Below, one piece after another: positions 1 through 12,124 of a stretch of DNA of 64,000 nt. The position numbers and the translations under genes are program-made. The DNA is from Eledone cirrhosa (Eukaryota). Where the stretch lies: the NCBI GenBank assembly GCA_964016885.1, contig OZ024741.1, forward strand, positions 44,764,001-44,828,000, read 5' to 3'. Each line of letters starts with the position of its first letter. The stretch's first letter is position 1. The notes beneath the pieces are model-generated. The model searched no databases. It was not told the DNA's origin and saw nothing but the letters and a program-made list of their open reading frames with translations.

Positions 1-365
1 ACATCACCTTTAATGTACACCCAAGGCTTGGGCCCCGTGCTATCCGCCCACGACAAAAGTCTCACCCGCATCTCATAACAACAATACGGCACAATTACTT
101 CACCTCAATTGGCCACGCTCTCTTTAACATTACACCAAATCACATTAAAACGGGAACAGACTCCATAAGTTCAAGAAGTCTTTGGACAAATTCCCTCTAG
201 AAATCCCGGATAAACCTCCTACACCCGGATATGCCTTCGTAAACAATAACTCTCTACTTGAGTGGGCCATGGTGCCCAAATCTTGATTTGAAAGACTTCG
301 CCACGTGGTGGTATTAAGATAGACATGGCCTGGGCCAATACTGGCCGAAACCTATCAAAGTTATC

Positions 366-370
<5 letters not shown>
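1..370 (+). mobile_element. 3' end of a CR1/L2-group LINE (degenerate ORF2 C-terminus + 3' UTR)
   Basis: Frameshifted translation ...HNYFTSIGHALFN...FKKSLDKF.LEIPDKPPTPGY..NNNSLLEW* resembles CR1-group ORF2 C-termini. A short 3' UTR with a stem-loop (ggcc-aatact-ggcc) and tatcaaa repeats runs into (TA)n. Confidence 0.6.
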
Positions 371-410
<40 letters not shown>

Positions 411-411
<1 letters not shown>

Positions 412-670
412 CTGTGTATAGTGGTAGCTATGGTGCTTCCATAGGCAGTATGCCAAAATTAGCACTCGATATTCATCAGAGTAGAGTGTAAATTTTATCA
501 CACGTGATAAAATTTGTTCCGGACGTAACACCCGTGTATGAAAGAACCCGCAGAAGTAGAATCAGCCAGATCCATACAAGGACCATGACTCGAGCTACAT
601 GCCGGCGAAACATTTGTAACACGAAATAAACTAAATCCAGTTGCATCACTGATTTTTCGTTTTCTTTATA

Positions 671-701
<31 letters not shown>

Positions 702-810
702 ATAATTGAATATAAAAGAGAAATAAACACATATATATAGACATATGTGTTCAAATCGTAAAGGACCAGGTTTGCTAGGGTGAAAAAAATACCAACTATA
801 AACAATATAT
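411..810. mobile_element. Short non-coding repeats between (TA)n tracts; 701-808 belongs to the 8761-9475 family
   Basis: 701-808 aligns by eye with 8761-8862. 533-623 has a hammerhead-like layout (cgtgt/acacg stem I, variant core ATGAAAGA, GAAAC-attt-GTA). Palindrome aaattttatcac/gtgataaaattt at 490-515. Confidence 0.45.
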
Positions 811-1058
811 ATATATATATTCGTAAAATTTGAGTATTCGCAGCGCGAAATGTAGCCGTTACCAACTGTACACTGTTTGCTTCGTAAAATTTTGGGCGCT
901 AAGATAAAACCTCAAATCGAACGGAGAGCATGTGAGAGAGGGGGGAGAGAGAAAGAGGGATGAGATATAAGGGGGTTATAGTGAGAGAGATGGAAAGAAA
1001 GAGAGATGAGAAATGAGGGAGTTAGAGAGAGGGGGGGGGGAAGTGGATGTATGTACTC

Positions 1059-1137
<79 letters not shown>

Positions 1138-1141
<4 letters not shown>

Positions 1142-3341
1142 AAAGGAAGGAGCGGAAACTATTGGGAGAAACAGCACGTATGAATTCAGTCAGCTATATA
1201 TTATTATATATATATATATATATATATACCAGATAGAAAAATGCGTACAGCAAAAAAAAAGTAATATTGTTGGAATATAAACCTTGAAAAATACAGGACA
1301 AGAAACTAAAATAAAACTTTAAAAGAATAGGACAAGAAACTAAGATAAAACTTTAAAGAATTGGACAAGAAATAAATATTTTACAATAATATTAGTGGCA
1401 AAATTTTTATTGGTAAAAAATCGAGTTCCACATTCATAGGCTCTGGGCTCCACATTCAGAGGTCGTCGTCAGACCGGCGGGATCATTTGATCCTGGTTTG
1501 AACACCAATTGGGCCATAACCATACCCCTATTTCATCATTCGGCGACACGCCTCATGTGTCATGCATAATGTGAATGGACCCATGGGCCCATGAGCACAG
1601 ATCTTGAGCAGCAGCGGACGGTCTTATCGTCCCGCTCATCCTTGATCTTGACCAACCCGTCCATCTGCTCCTTGCATCTTGTCCTTGAGTACAAGTCCGG
1701 CAGTCCAGATGAATGCGTGTCACAGCTTTCTGGTACAGGAAGGAGGAGCAGGAGGACTGGAGGGATGACGGGACAGAGGGAGGGACGACCGGTGGTTGAG
1801 GGAGGTGCCGTAGTATGTGGTCAGAGTCGACATCTTGTCCCGGTCGTCTTCTCCATCTTCGTCTAGTGTTGCGGGACCAGAAGTGCATTATTGGAGGAGA
1901 CCTGCAGCTGCATCGGCCAATGCTTCTTGCACTGGTCATTCTGACGGAGCAGAACTGCTCAGCCAACCAACCCCAACCAGAACCAACCGCTCAGGGGCAA
2001 CGCACAATGAGAGCTTGACAATTATTATGCACTAATCAAGAAGATACTGGGGCATAGCACAGGAAACGAATAAAAAAATGTTGCCACTAATATTATTGTA
2101 AAATTTTTTATTTCTTGTCCAATTCTTTAAAGTTTTATTTTAGTTTCTTGTCCTATTCTTTTAAAGTTTTATTTTAGTTTCTTGTCCTGTATTTTTCAAG
2201 GTTTATATTCCAACAATATTACTTTTTTTTGCTGTACGCATTTTTCTATCTGGTCTACTATTTTTTAAGGCAATGCAAGCAACAACTATCTAATAATTAA
2301 ATGATCATAGTGAATTACTGACAAGTGATTGACATATTAAAGTTCTTTTGAGTATAATTGCAATCTAGTTGAGGCAACTGGCTTAATGACAAAGCTAGTA
2401 AATCATGAATGCATTTGAGATGATTAGTTCATAATAGTGAATTGGTGAAACTTGTGCATTTCAATGGTGTTACGGATAAAAACTGATACTGCTGTCTACG
2501 ACCTTTATATAGGATTGTCATGTTTCTCTGTATCTGCAATGTGGGTATACAAATTAAGAATTATGATATTAAGTTTTTATTTAAAATCCCAAAAACTGCT
2601 GTGCATGAAAACTTCAAAAAGTAATTCTATTGATGACCTCTTAGTTGCTCATACTAATTTTGTAAAAGATTTCAAGCCAATAATCAGAATGATCTGGTAT
2701 AATTTTTATGCAGATAAATGACTAATTAGTATAAAGGGCCATCCAGATATCATGTGGACACCGCGAACCAAAAATGGTCACATGATATCTGGATGGCTCC
2801 TAAGCATCTCCTCCACATGGCAGTGACATGGGTCATCATCGTGGAGCACTCACCTATTTTTAAAATATTAGACTATGATAAATGAATTTAGTTAAAAATG
2901 CAATTTGAAATATATTAGATAATAGAAAGAGACTCGTAATTACCTCCCCTTGTAATTACCTCGTAATTACCTCCCCTACGCGTCACGCTTACTACTTACT
3001 CATTTGAACACAAGATTTATCAGCAAACTTTGATTATAAACTTTTTCCCGCTGGACCAAATTTCTAGATTGTTAAGCCAAAAGATGCGTAATGATCTACT
3101 GTTCATGCTCATATAAGTTTTATCTCAGTTAAATAAAGTAGAGCCGCGCTGTACTGTCGTAAACAGACGATTGCCAACGAAAACACGACCACAACAATAT
3201 TACTACTAAACGGACTACCGTCCGTTTAGGATTACTAAGCGGACTACCGTCCGTTTAGGATATATATATATATAATAATATATAGCTGACTGAATTCATA
3301 CGTGCTGTTTCTCACAATTGTTTCCGTTCCTTCCTTTTCTC
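1138..3341. repeat. Outer inverted-repeat pair (1138-1227 / 3260-3341) enclosing nested insertions
   Basis: gagaaaaggaaggagcggaaac...gaattcagtcagctatatattattata is the near-exact reverse complement of tataataatatatagctgactgaattc...ccttccttttctc. Confidence 0.85.
1228..2254. mobile_element. Non-coding element with ~185-bp inverted arms (1228-1412 / 2068-2254) around a GC-richer ~650-bp core
   Basis: Arms are near-identical reverse complements containing three ggacaagaaa subrepeats. The element begins directly after (TA)n. Core ORFs show no recognisable domain. Confidence 0.75.
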
Positions 3342-4408
3342 ACTCTCTACCTTCCTCCTACATCAGCTATTTCTCATTCTACCTTTCTAATGTAGGAAAT
3401 GTGCCAGAATCTTAAATACATGTTTGGAGTTAAACAAACATATTTCTTCATTGTACTGCTTTGTTGTTTCCATTTGCAGTTTGCATACATACGTACATAC
3501 ATACATACTTACACACAGACGTATATATATATATATTATATATATATATATATACACACACACACAAATATACACACATAAACAGATACACACACACATA
3601 TATATTAATATATATGTATGTATGCGAGTGTGTGACTCTGTGTGACTGTCTGTATATGTGTGTATATCTGTGTGTGTACTTGCGTGTATCCACATAATTC
3701 TTCACTAATTGACATATTTTTAAATCGGGTAGACAAATTGCAAAAACCCCACAATAGAAATATAGATGGTTATCTTACGTATATTATTGCATGCGAAATC
3801 TTAAGAATGAATTATCAACGTAGGAAATGGTTGAAGTAATCCATTAATTTCATATATCGTGGATATGCATCCAACATGTCCTTCAATGCATCATTAAACG
3901 TCTCCTTTCACATCATCAGTGAAAATATCTTTAAAATAAATTGTAGAGAGGTTTTGTTGTTTTGTTGTTGTTTCTGTTGTTGTTTTTGTTGTTGTTGTTG
4001 TGATTTTGCCCCTGTCTAGCTGTGATCATGCTGATCTGTGATCAATGCTATTTCAGTTATACACAATTCACGTTTTCATGGGTTATGTAAATTTGCTTGG
4101 CTTAATGATTCTGTCGTTATATAAGAGTCTAGCTTGTGATTAGAGGAAGATTATGTTCATTTTTGCAGTTCCATTGGATCGTCCATAAAGAGGTTCAATG
4201 AGAATTGTTTCTTTACATATATATGTGAACAATATGACAAATACAATATCGTATTTTCGTTCTATTATTTCAAATCACAGCAAAACACAATGTTGTATGC
4301 TTTGAGAAATGTAACGTTTGCTATTTTGTTTGTGTTGTTCTGTTATAATGATTTACTCTACATGCCTTGTTGAGTGTATTCACTTTAAATACACGATGTA
4401 TATATCGT

Positions 4409-4620
4409 GAGAGCGTTACCTAGTAGTTAGGGTTGTTGTCTCTTGATCATAAATTATTGGGTTCAACCCTGAGATGCGTTTTCTCCTGCAGCAGGGCACT
4501 TCAATTTAGGTTGCTTCAGTTCACTCAGTTGAAAATGTGTATCACTTGTAAATGTAGACTAGCATTGCTACAGACTGGTGACACGACAGGGTTGTTTTGT
4601 CTTACACAAGTCATCTAATG
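4409..4620 (+). mobile_element. Degenerate tRNA-derived SINE
   Basis: A-box-like (ttacctagtagttagg) and B-box-like (gggttcaacc) motifs, then a core cagggcacttca...ttgcttcagttcactcag. Confidence 0.5.
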
Positions 4621-4763
4621 CCCATCTTATTGGGATAAGTTCCAGTTTGCTTCCATACCTTGCAAGCCTGAAATATCTGATATAACGATCTATCTACATC
4701 CTAATGTTTCGCTTACGTTTATGGTGTGAAGGTTTTTCTATAACTCCTCAACTATATGCTAAT

Positions 4764-4953
4764 ATAATTGTTTCTACTTTTGGCACAAGGCCAGCAAGTA
4801 CGTAGTGCATTACTGGTAATTTATTTTATCGACCCCGTAAGGATGAAAGGCAAAGTCAACCTCGGCGGGATTTGAAGTCAGCATGGCAAGTGCCGTAACT
4901 ATGCGTCAAAGCATGGCGTCCGACCCTCTACCGATACTGCCAATCCACCGCCC
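4764..4953 (-). mobile_element. tRNA-derived cephalopod-type SINE
   Basis: Reverse complement of the copy at 14796-14977 (ttcaaatcccgccgagg...tttgcctttcatccttacggggtcgataaaa...ccttgtgccaaaagtagaaacaatta). Confidence 0.85.
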
Positions 4954-5511
4954 TTATAAGCTAATGTAATGAGGCCTCCTTTCTTTTCAATTCCCACATT
5001 CTTGTTATCATTCCTCTTCCATATATTATATTGAATACATTTTATTCCGTTCAGAGATATGATAACGTATGATAGAACTTCCAATCTATTTATAATATAT
5101 ATTCACTAATAATGATATATTCTGTTAAAAAGGTTTACGTAATAAATAACCTGTGTGCGTTGGAGAAAGGAACTGAACACCCACTGTCTCCCCATCTTCA
5201 TTGATTTCCCTTAATCTCTCTGTCTCTATATATTATCAGATCCCAAGTTACAATTATTATTCAAGATGATCGTAATTGGTGTGTTTTACTACCACCTCTT
5301 TCAATGTATAATTCAGAATGCTGCTATATCTTACAATAGATTTTTCATTTTTTTCCTTATGATATTTCTGTTATACAATTTCATATATATATATATATAT
5401 ATAAAAAAACATGGGAAGAAAGAGTAATACTGCGTGGTTGCACATGGGTTACATATTATAAAATTAGTCCCTCATCAGTGATTTGCCAACTATCATTGAT
5501 ATTTCATCGCA

Positions 5512-5599
<88 letters not shown>

Positions 5600-5687
5600 C
5601 GTGTGCGTGTGTGTATTTGTGTCTGTGTGTGTGGATTTGTGTGTATGTGTATATATATATATATAAGCATACACAAACACGCACATG

Positions 5688-5732
<45 letters not shown>

Positions 5733-6044
5733 TGAGGGAGAGAGAGGAAGGGAGGGAGAGTGAGAGAGAGGTACTTGTCTTAGTCAAATATTCTAATCTA
5801 ATTTACACCAACTGCTAATGAGTAATTACAAAAAGCTAGAACCCTCTACCATTCACCAACACCCATACATTGATCCTAACTCTAAAGAACAGATTATATA
5901 AAATATTTCGATCTTTAAAGAATTGTGATAGAAGTCTCATGATGAAGGATAACTAGATTGGGATTTTACTCAAAGGCACCTAATCGCTCAGAGAATGTTT
6001 GAACACCGTAGCCAAGGTTCATCCATATATAAGAATGATTTCTT

Positions 6045-6440
6045 ATTTTGGAACAAGCTTATCAATTTAAGGGGAGGAGGTGATCGTTTAACGGAAGCCC
6101 TGTAATTGACTATTAACATAATTTATTTAGCATGGGATTATGAAATCTAAAGATGACATTCGCGAGATTTGAACACGAAACATAAGGAACCAAAACAATT
6201 CATGTAAAGTAGCATGTGGGACGCTCTAACTATTCTGCCAATCCAGCACACTTTTATCTATACATTATACCGACTACAGGATCGAGGATTTTTCTTATTC
6301 TTACAAAATGTAGTTTCCTACATTTACGATAATTGTTCTAATTCTGCCTATATCGAATTCGCGTTATATAACGATAAAATAAAGTACCAGTAATGTACTG
6401 GGATAATTGCTGGCATTGTGCCAAAAGTAGAAACAATTAT
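6045..6440. mobile_element. Two SINE remnants (degenerate minus copy ~6045-6250; plus-strand 3' part ~6340-6440)
   Basis: Shared motif gataaaataaagtaccagtaatgtactggg...ttgtgccaaaagtagaaacaatta with 14796-14977; head motif gacgctctaac.attctgcca on the minus copy. Confidence 0.65.
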
Positions 6441-7227
6441 ATAACCTTTAAATCCATTTATATATCTATCATTACAAGGACGAATATGCCCTTCATTTTC
6501 TAAGAGCGATGCAGCGTGATCTAAGGGAAATTTAACTGTTATTTCTAGCCAGTAGAGAGCCCAGTTATTGTCACTCCCCAACGCTGCATTTTCATAATGT
6601 AATGCAACCAATAACATAAGCTATATCCGGTTATGCCAGGAAAGGAACAAAATATATTGTTAAACTAACGAGGGAAAGAAAACAGGAAGAAATAACAATA
6701 ACAAATATAACATGATATATTCTGTGATTATAATGATGATGTCTCGACGATGGCAGTTAGGATGATGTTGATGATTTCGATTATGTGCATTATGACTATG
6801 ATGTCACTAGTGATTCTGAAGGCAATGATCATAATGATCATAATGATTATGATAATGATGATTCTAATGCGGATAATGATGATGATAATGCCGATGTATT
6901 AGACGGTGGTGGCGATGTTATTGGGGACCATAATCATTATCAATATCTTCATATCACTGTAATGCAATTAATTCATTTCAAATTTTCTATTAGATAGATT
7001 ATTTCATGGAATATTCAGTTGGACGGAAGATTTGATATTTGTAATGTTCCTCAAAAATGATTTATAACAATTTTGATGAAATGATTATTCTTCGCATGGT
7101 TTCGTTCAGTTGATGCAACTAATAATTTGGTTTTATTTTTATATGATTTTCGTTTCGTTAACATTTAAAGCTACTGCTTTTGCCGTTGCTGAAAGTGTGA
7201 GGACGTTATATATTCTTTTATTCTAAT

Positions 7228-7360
7228 GTTTGTTTCAGTCATTATGAACTGCTGGAATGTTGGGGCATCGCCTTAAAGTGGTTTAGTGAATCGACCCCAG
7301 TACTGGTAGATATTACTTCCATTTCTATTTGGTGAATCGCTAGGCTAGGCGACATAAATA
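7228..7360 (-). mobile_element. Degenerate SINE fragment
   Basis: tgtttcagtcatt...aatcgaccccagtactggta shares the gaccccagta/ctggta core with the other SINEs in the window. Confidence 0.45.
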
Positions 7361-7493
7361 CAGACACACAAACATATATATAGAGAGAGATAGAGAGATA
7401 TATTTACACAGACACACATAAAAAGATATATACATATATACATATGTATGTATGTGCATAAGTGTGTGTATGTGTGAGTATATATATATATAT

Positions 7494-8626
7494 GACCGCC
7501 ATATAGTACTTTTAAATTCTAGGCCTAATCATAACTATTAGCTGTATCATGCCTCCCTCTACTGGCACTTAAACAAATCCCCATCCTGTGTAAATTAATA
7601 GTACTCGCTTGGTATAACGATGGCCTAACGACGATGGCTGACTTCCCACTAGCACACCCGAAGCCTGGAACAGCTATATTCCTCGAGTGCTCGGAAAAAT
7701 TGATTTCCATATCTTTCGTTAGACGATTTTACTCGGAATGGCTGACCCGTGGTTAGGATGGGCTGGCCGGAGTCTGCAGTCGCCACGTGCTGTTTGACTA
7801 CTAAACAAGGACATAATATTTACTCTATATCCCACCCTGATAACTTATCGAGGATCTCTATAATACAATTAAAGTTTTTTCAAAACAGACTCTTTCTTTA
7901 AATAAATCTCGCAACCCAAACTTTAAACTATTTAATTTTTTAATTTTCTAATTTTCTAATTTTAATCTTTAATTTAATTTTTTTAACTTCATCCTATAAA
8001 TCTAAACAAAAATGTAACGTTACAATTTTCTGTTCACACATTATACCATGTTCACACATTTACCTCTGTTATAATATATACCTCTGTTAAGATATGGGTC
8101 CTTTAGTATAACATTTTTCGCGGCAATTCCTGGCCTGATTGTAGCATGACATTAACGCTGACTTTTCTTCCTCTTTCTTTCTGTTTTGTTTCTCTTTGAC
8201 CGGGAGGTTAGTAGCACATTGTAAGCTTTCACCCCCACACCAGATAGCCTTAGAGGACCGAATAGCCAGCACTTGGGGCGACCGGCTAAAGTGGAAGATG
8301 CTAGATAGTGGGTCGTCATCGGGTCTATGATTTTCAGCCCCATGGATTTTATCTGTTACATTATTTTATTATATTTCGAATACCTGATGATATCACCGGG
8401 TTCATACGGAACCCGGTCATTGAAATGATCATAATATAATAAACCTTTCAAGGATTTACACAAGTCCAGCCTCCTGATATTTTATTATAATATTTAACTC
8501 CGTACTCGCACCAACAACTACACAAACGAAGACGGTTGAGCTGCTTTACGTTGAGTACTCTCCATATTATTACATCAAGATTGACCATACGGAATGACCA
8601 ACTCTATCCAGTGGTGAACCTTCAAA

Positions 8627-8630
<4 letters not shown>
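7494..8630 (+). mobile_element. Penelope-like remnant / pseudo-LTR with hammerhead motif, between (TA)n tracts
   Basis: Bounded by (TA)n on both sides; hammerhead core at 8384-8430; the 3' tail (8450-8630) recurs inverted at 62858-63030. Confidence 0.55.
8384..8430 (+). ncRNA. Minimal hammerhead ribozyme-like motif
   Basis: CTGATGA, then stem II with a perfect 9-bp accgggttc/gaacccggt, then GAAA-T-G-ATC. Proximal stem I is imperfect; distal tttattatatt/aatataataaa pairs. Confidence 0.55.
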
Positions 8631-8674
<44 letters not shown>

Positions 8675-8686
8675 TATAATATATAT

Positions 8687-8760
<74 letters not shown>

Positions 8761-8764
<4 letters not shown>

Positions 8765-9475
8765 GAATAAACCAGAGAGATGAACACTAATATAAACATA
8801 CATGTGTTCGAATCGTAAGGACCAAATTTGGTAGGATGAAAAAATACTAACTACAGCAATATGGTTTTATTCAAGTATATTTTATGGCTCGGAAAAGCTT
8901 TTTTCTTAGAGCTATTTAATTGTAAAAGACTACTCTGAGTTCTTAACTCAATATATATTTGTCGGCTTCATCATGTAGAGCTAATTTTTAATGTCCTGTC
9001 AGCCAGGCTGCTACTTTTAGCAGCAGGGAATTTCGAGACAAGCTTTGGTTCCGAATGACACGTGCAATAATTCATATCGTACACAATTCATTCTCTAATA
9101 TTTTTAGAAGTGAAAGGATCACTAATTTCTCAACAACTACTGAGGAGCAGAGAAACGTGAGAACTTCACTTAATAAGTCGTTGCGAACAGTCTCCAGTAT
9201 TGTCTAGATGTTACCAGGCGTTTTGCCCAATATAGATCTGTTATTTTTCTTAATTTTTTAAAATTTAATATTTAAAGTTAAGGATAACAAACCATATTGC
9301 AGTAGTTAGTATTTTTTCACCCTAGCAAATTTGGTCCTAACGATTCGAACACATGTATGTTTATATTAGTGTTCATCTCTCTTGTTTATTCAATTATATT
9401 GTACGGCTCGGAAAAGCTTTTTTCTTAGAGCTATTTAATTGTAAGAGACTACTCTGAGTTCTTAACTCAATATAT
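8761..9475 (+). mobile_element. ORF-less element: inverted arm + 520-bp unit with ~90-bp terminal direct repeat
   Basis: 8761-8866 is the reverse complement of 9290-9395; 8865-8957 repeats directly at 9385-9477; flanked by (TA)n. Degenerate hammerhead-like motif CTGAGGA...GAA-CAGTC at 9140-9192. Confidence 0.8.
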
Positions 9476-9489
9476 ATATATATATATAT

Positions 9490-11335
9490 GCATCTGATTT
9501 CCAGACATTTCCCACCTCCCGGACATTCCTTCACAATTATTGGTCAAAACTAGGCTGTTGCAAAATACACATGTTTTAGGTGTCGCGTAGTGAGATAAAC
9601 CCCAATCACACACGGTTACAGACCATAAGATTCACAACACAGCCATGCAGCCACCTATATATACATTCAACTTGGCTCGTGTACACCTATCACCCGACAC
9701 TTCTGCTCCGCTGGACACTTTGCTCGCAACTTGACCGTCTGCGGTCTGATTGCGTGCCCTGGAACCCCCGATACCCGACTTAGGGCTGCACAACGCACCA
9801 TCTTCCAATTACAGACATGCGCACCCCCCGGTTTGAACTCCCGTCCCCTCCGTACTATCGCCACTACCCTCTCCCCACACACACCCACACCACACCCCAC
9901 AAACACTACTAAAGCATCCCGCCACCACTCTTCCCTTCCCCTTACAACACACACGCACTTACACCCCAAACACGCACACACACACCAGTATATATATATA
10001 CACTCACTCGTGTGTAAGTGCACTTTCCTCTCTCCCGTCCCCCTACAATCACCACTAATCTCTACCCTCACACACCCACACCTCGCCACCCCACAAATAC
10101 TTCTCCTAATAAACAACCCCCACCACCACGATTTCCTTCCCAAAGTCACACACTCACTCACACCCTAAACACACACACAACAGTATATACACTCACTCAC
10201 ACCGTTTTACCATCTCACATGTCCATTACACCTTCTACACACACATACACATAACTCCATACACACACACACCTGCCTGTCTACACAGCTAACTACTCTC
10301 ACGCACACATAGTAGTACTACTATCACTCTCACCCACCAGTTCTGTTCTGCTGGCACCATCCCCCCCCCCCTCTCTCACACGTTGCCCTGCCATCATCAC
10401 GATCTCCACCCCAATCATAGTCCTTCGACTTGACCAATTCCGGTTGCGCGCGCCGCAGTACCATTTCACTTCCTCATCGCCATGCTCGTCTACTGGAACC
10501 CGGAATTTACCACAGTGGAATCCACCCGTTTATATCTCTGGATCTTTAGCATCCAGAGACACACACACCCACACCCATTCAGAAACTTAGAGACACACAT
10601 ACACTTGCACCATTTCCGCACACACGTAACTACACATCTCACACGAACCCACATCACCTATAGACATGTCACGCATCCCCTTCTCTTAACCACATAAACA
10701 CACACACACATGCACATCTACACATTCACCGACACTGCAACCCATACCGCTTCAGGATTTAACACGATCTCATATCAACCTATCCGCCCGCCTACATCCC
10801 CCACACACACGTACCCCCATACAGGGACTATATACGCACAGACATACACTCCACTCCAATACACACACAATGGTTTTTCTAAACCCACATCCACATACAC
10901 TAGCTTCCTCCCAGACTCTCATACTTATATCCACACATACACACACACCATACCTTCCGCCATCACCGCTCGGACACTAATTTTTTTGCTTTCCCTCCCC
11001 TTCCCCACTACCACACCATTTCCATCCCGGACCCGTGCAACCCCCCCTCCCTACCAACCTCATTTTTTTTTATTCTGTTTTTTTTTTATATATTCCTTTT
11101 AATTCTGTTTCTATTAATTTTGATTTTCATGTTTATTTTTATTTCTATCTTCCCAGTTCTTTCGTGTTTTTCCTATTAATTCCACCCCCACTCCCTCTCG
11201 GAGTTGCTCCCCACTTTCCTGATGAAGGACTTACGTCCGAAATGTCGTCACCTCCCCCACTCTCTCTAAGCGTGAAGCTAATATCACTATATACTGTTGA
11301 CTCCTGCGTGTGTTTGTTTGTTCGTCATTTTGAAC

Positions 11336-11340
<5 letters not shown>
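9490..11340 (+). mobile_element. 5'-truncated Penelope-like element (Neptune-type GIY-YIG C-terminus + long CA-rich pseudo-LTR)
   Basis: ~9685-9840 translates PITRHFCSAGH..RNLTVCGLIAC.G....RL.A.QRTIFQLQT.APPGLN, matching the P(V/I)ARHF...H...EQ..IF.L.T..P.GLN end of Neptune-type PLE endonucleases. Hammerhead core at 11219; both ends in (TA)n. Confidence 0.7.
11219..11246 (+). ncRNA. Minimal hammerhead motif in a PLE pseudo-LTR
   Basis: CTGATGA-a-GGAC-ttac-GTCC-GAAA-T-GTC; stem I is poorly paired. Confidence 0.6.
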
Positions 11341-11384
<44 letters not shown>

Positions 11385-11388
<4 letters not shown>

Positions 11389-11640
11389 TTACAACAGCAG
11401 ACGTCCAACGAGCTTCCAGAGTCGGGTCAGATCGATACAGATCGAACATTGAGATGATCAATAGCGAAACGCGCGTCAACAATCAATAAACGTAATGAAG
11501 GCATAACAATTCGCCTTATTCGTCCTTGTATTATTATATTTACATTCTGTTTAACTCTACACCTCGCTACAGACATGAATCTAAACACCGATTACTCACC
11601 GGAGTGAGCCTACAATACCATCACGTTACACTCCCTGGCT
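11385..11640 (+). mobile_element. PLE pseudo-LTR-like fragment with degenerate hammerhead
   Basis: GAAACGCGCGTC (11466-11477, palindromic stem III typical of PLE minimal hammerheads) preceded by a mutated core gaGATGA; ends in (TA)n. Confidence 0.5.
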
Positions 11641-11699
11641 ATATATATATAATAAAGATAATTGAATAAACATAACACTGCAGAAAGGTTTATTAGGAC

Positions 11700-12089
11700 A
11701 TATCTATATACATACATACATAGATATAGATATACATGTATATGTATATATATATATATATATATATACATATATATATACATACATACATACATACATA
11801 AATATATATATACACATATATATATACATACATATACATATATATACACATATATATATACATACATACATACATATATATACAAATATATATATACATA
11901 CATATACACATATATATATACATACATACATACATATACACATATATATATACATACATACATACACACATATATATATACATACATACATATACACATA
12001 TATATATACATACATACATACACACATATATATATACATACATACATACACACATATATATATACATACATACATACACACATATATAT

Positions 12090-12122
<33 letters not shown>
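11700..12122. repeat. Compound (TA)n/(TACA)n microsatellite, ~420 bp
   Basis: Direct reading; it explains the Y/I/C/V/M-rich ORFs here. Confidence 0.95.

Positions 12123-12124
<2 letters not shown>

Noticed and set aside
411-480. Minus-strand CTGATGA at 473-479
   Set aside because: No downstream GAAA or stem III before the (TA)n tract.
1290-1372. Three spaced ggacaagaaa repeats resembling a CRISPR-like array
   Set aside because: The spacers are themselves repeated, the context is eukaryotic and there are no cas genes; these are subrepeats of a TE arm.
3775-3930. Minus-strand exon-like segment with AG/GTAAG boundaries
   Set aside because: All three frames contain stop codons and no protein is recognisable.
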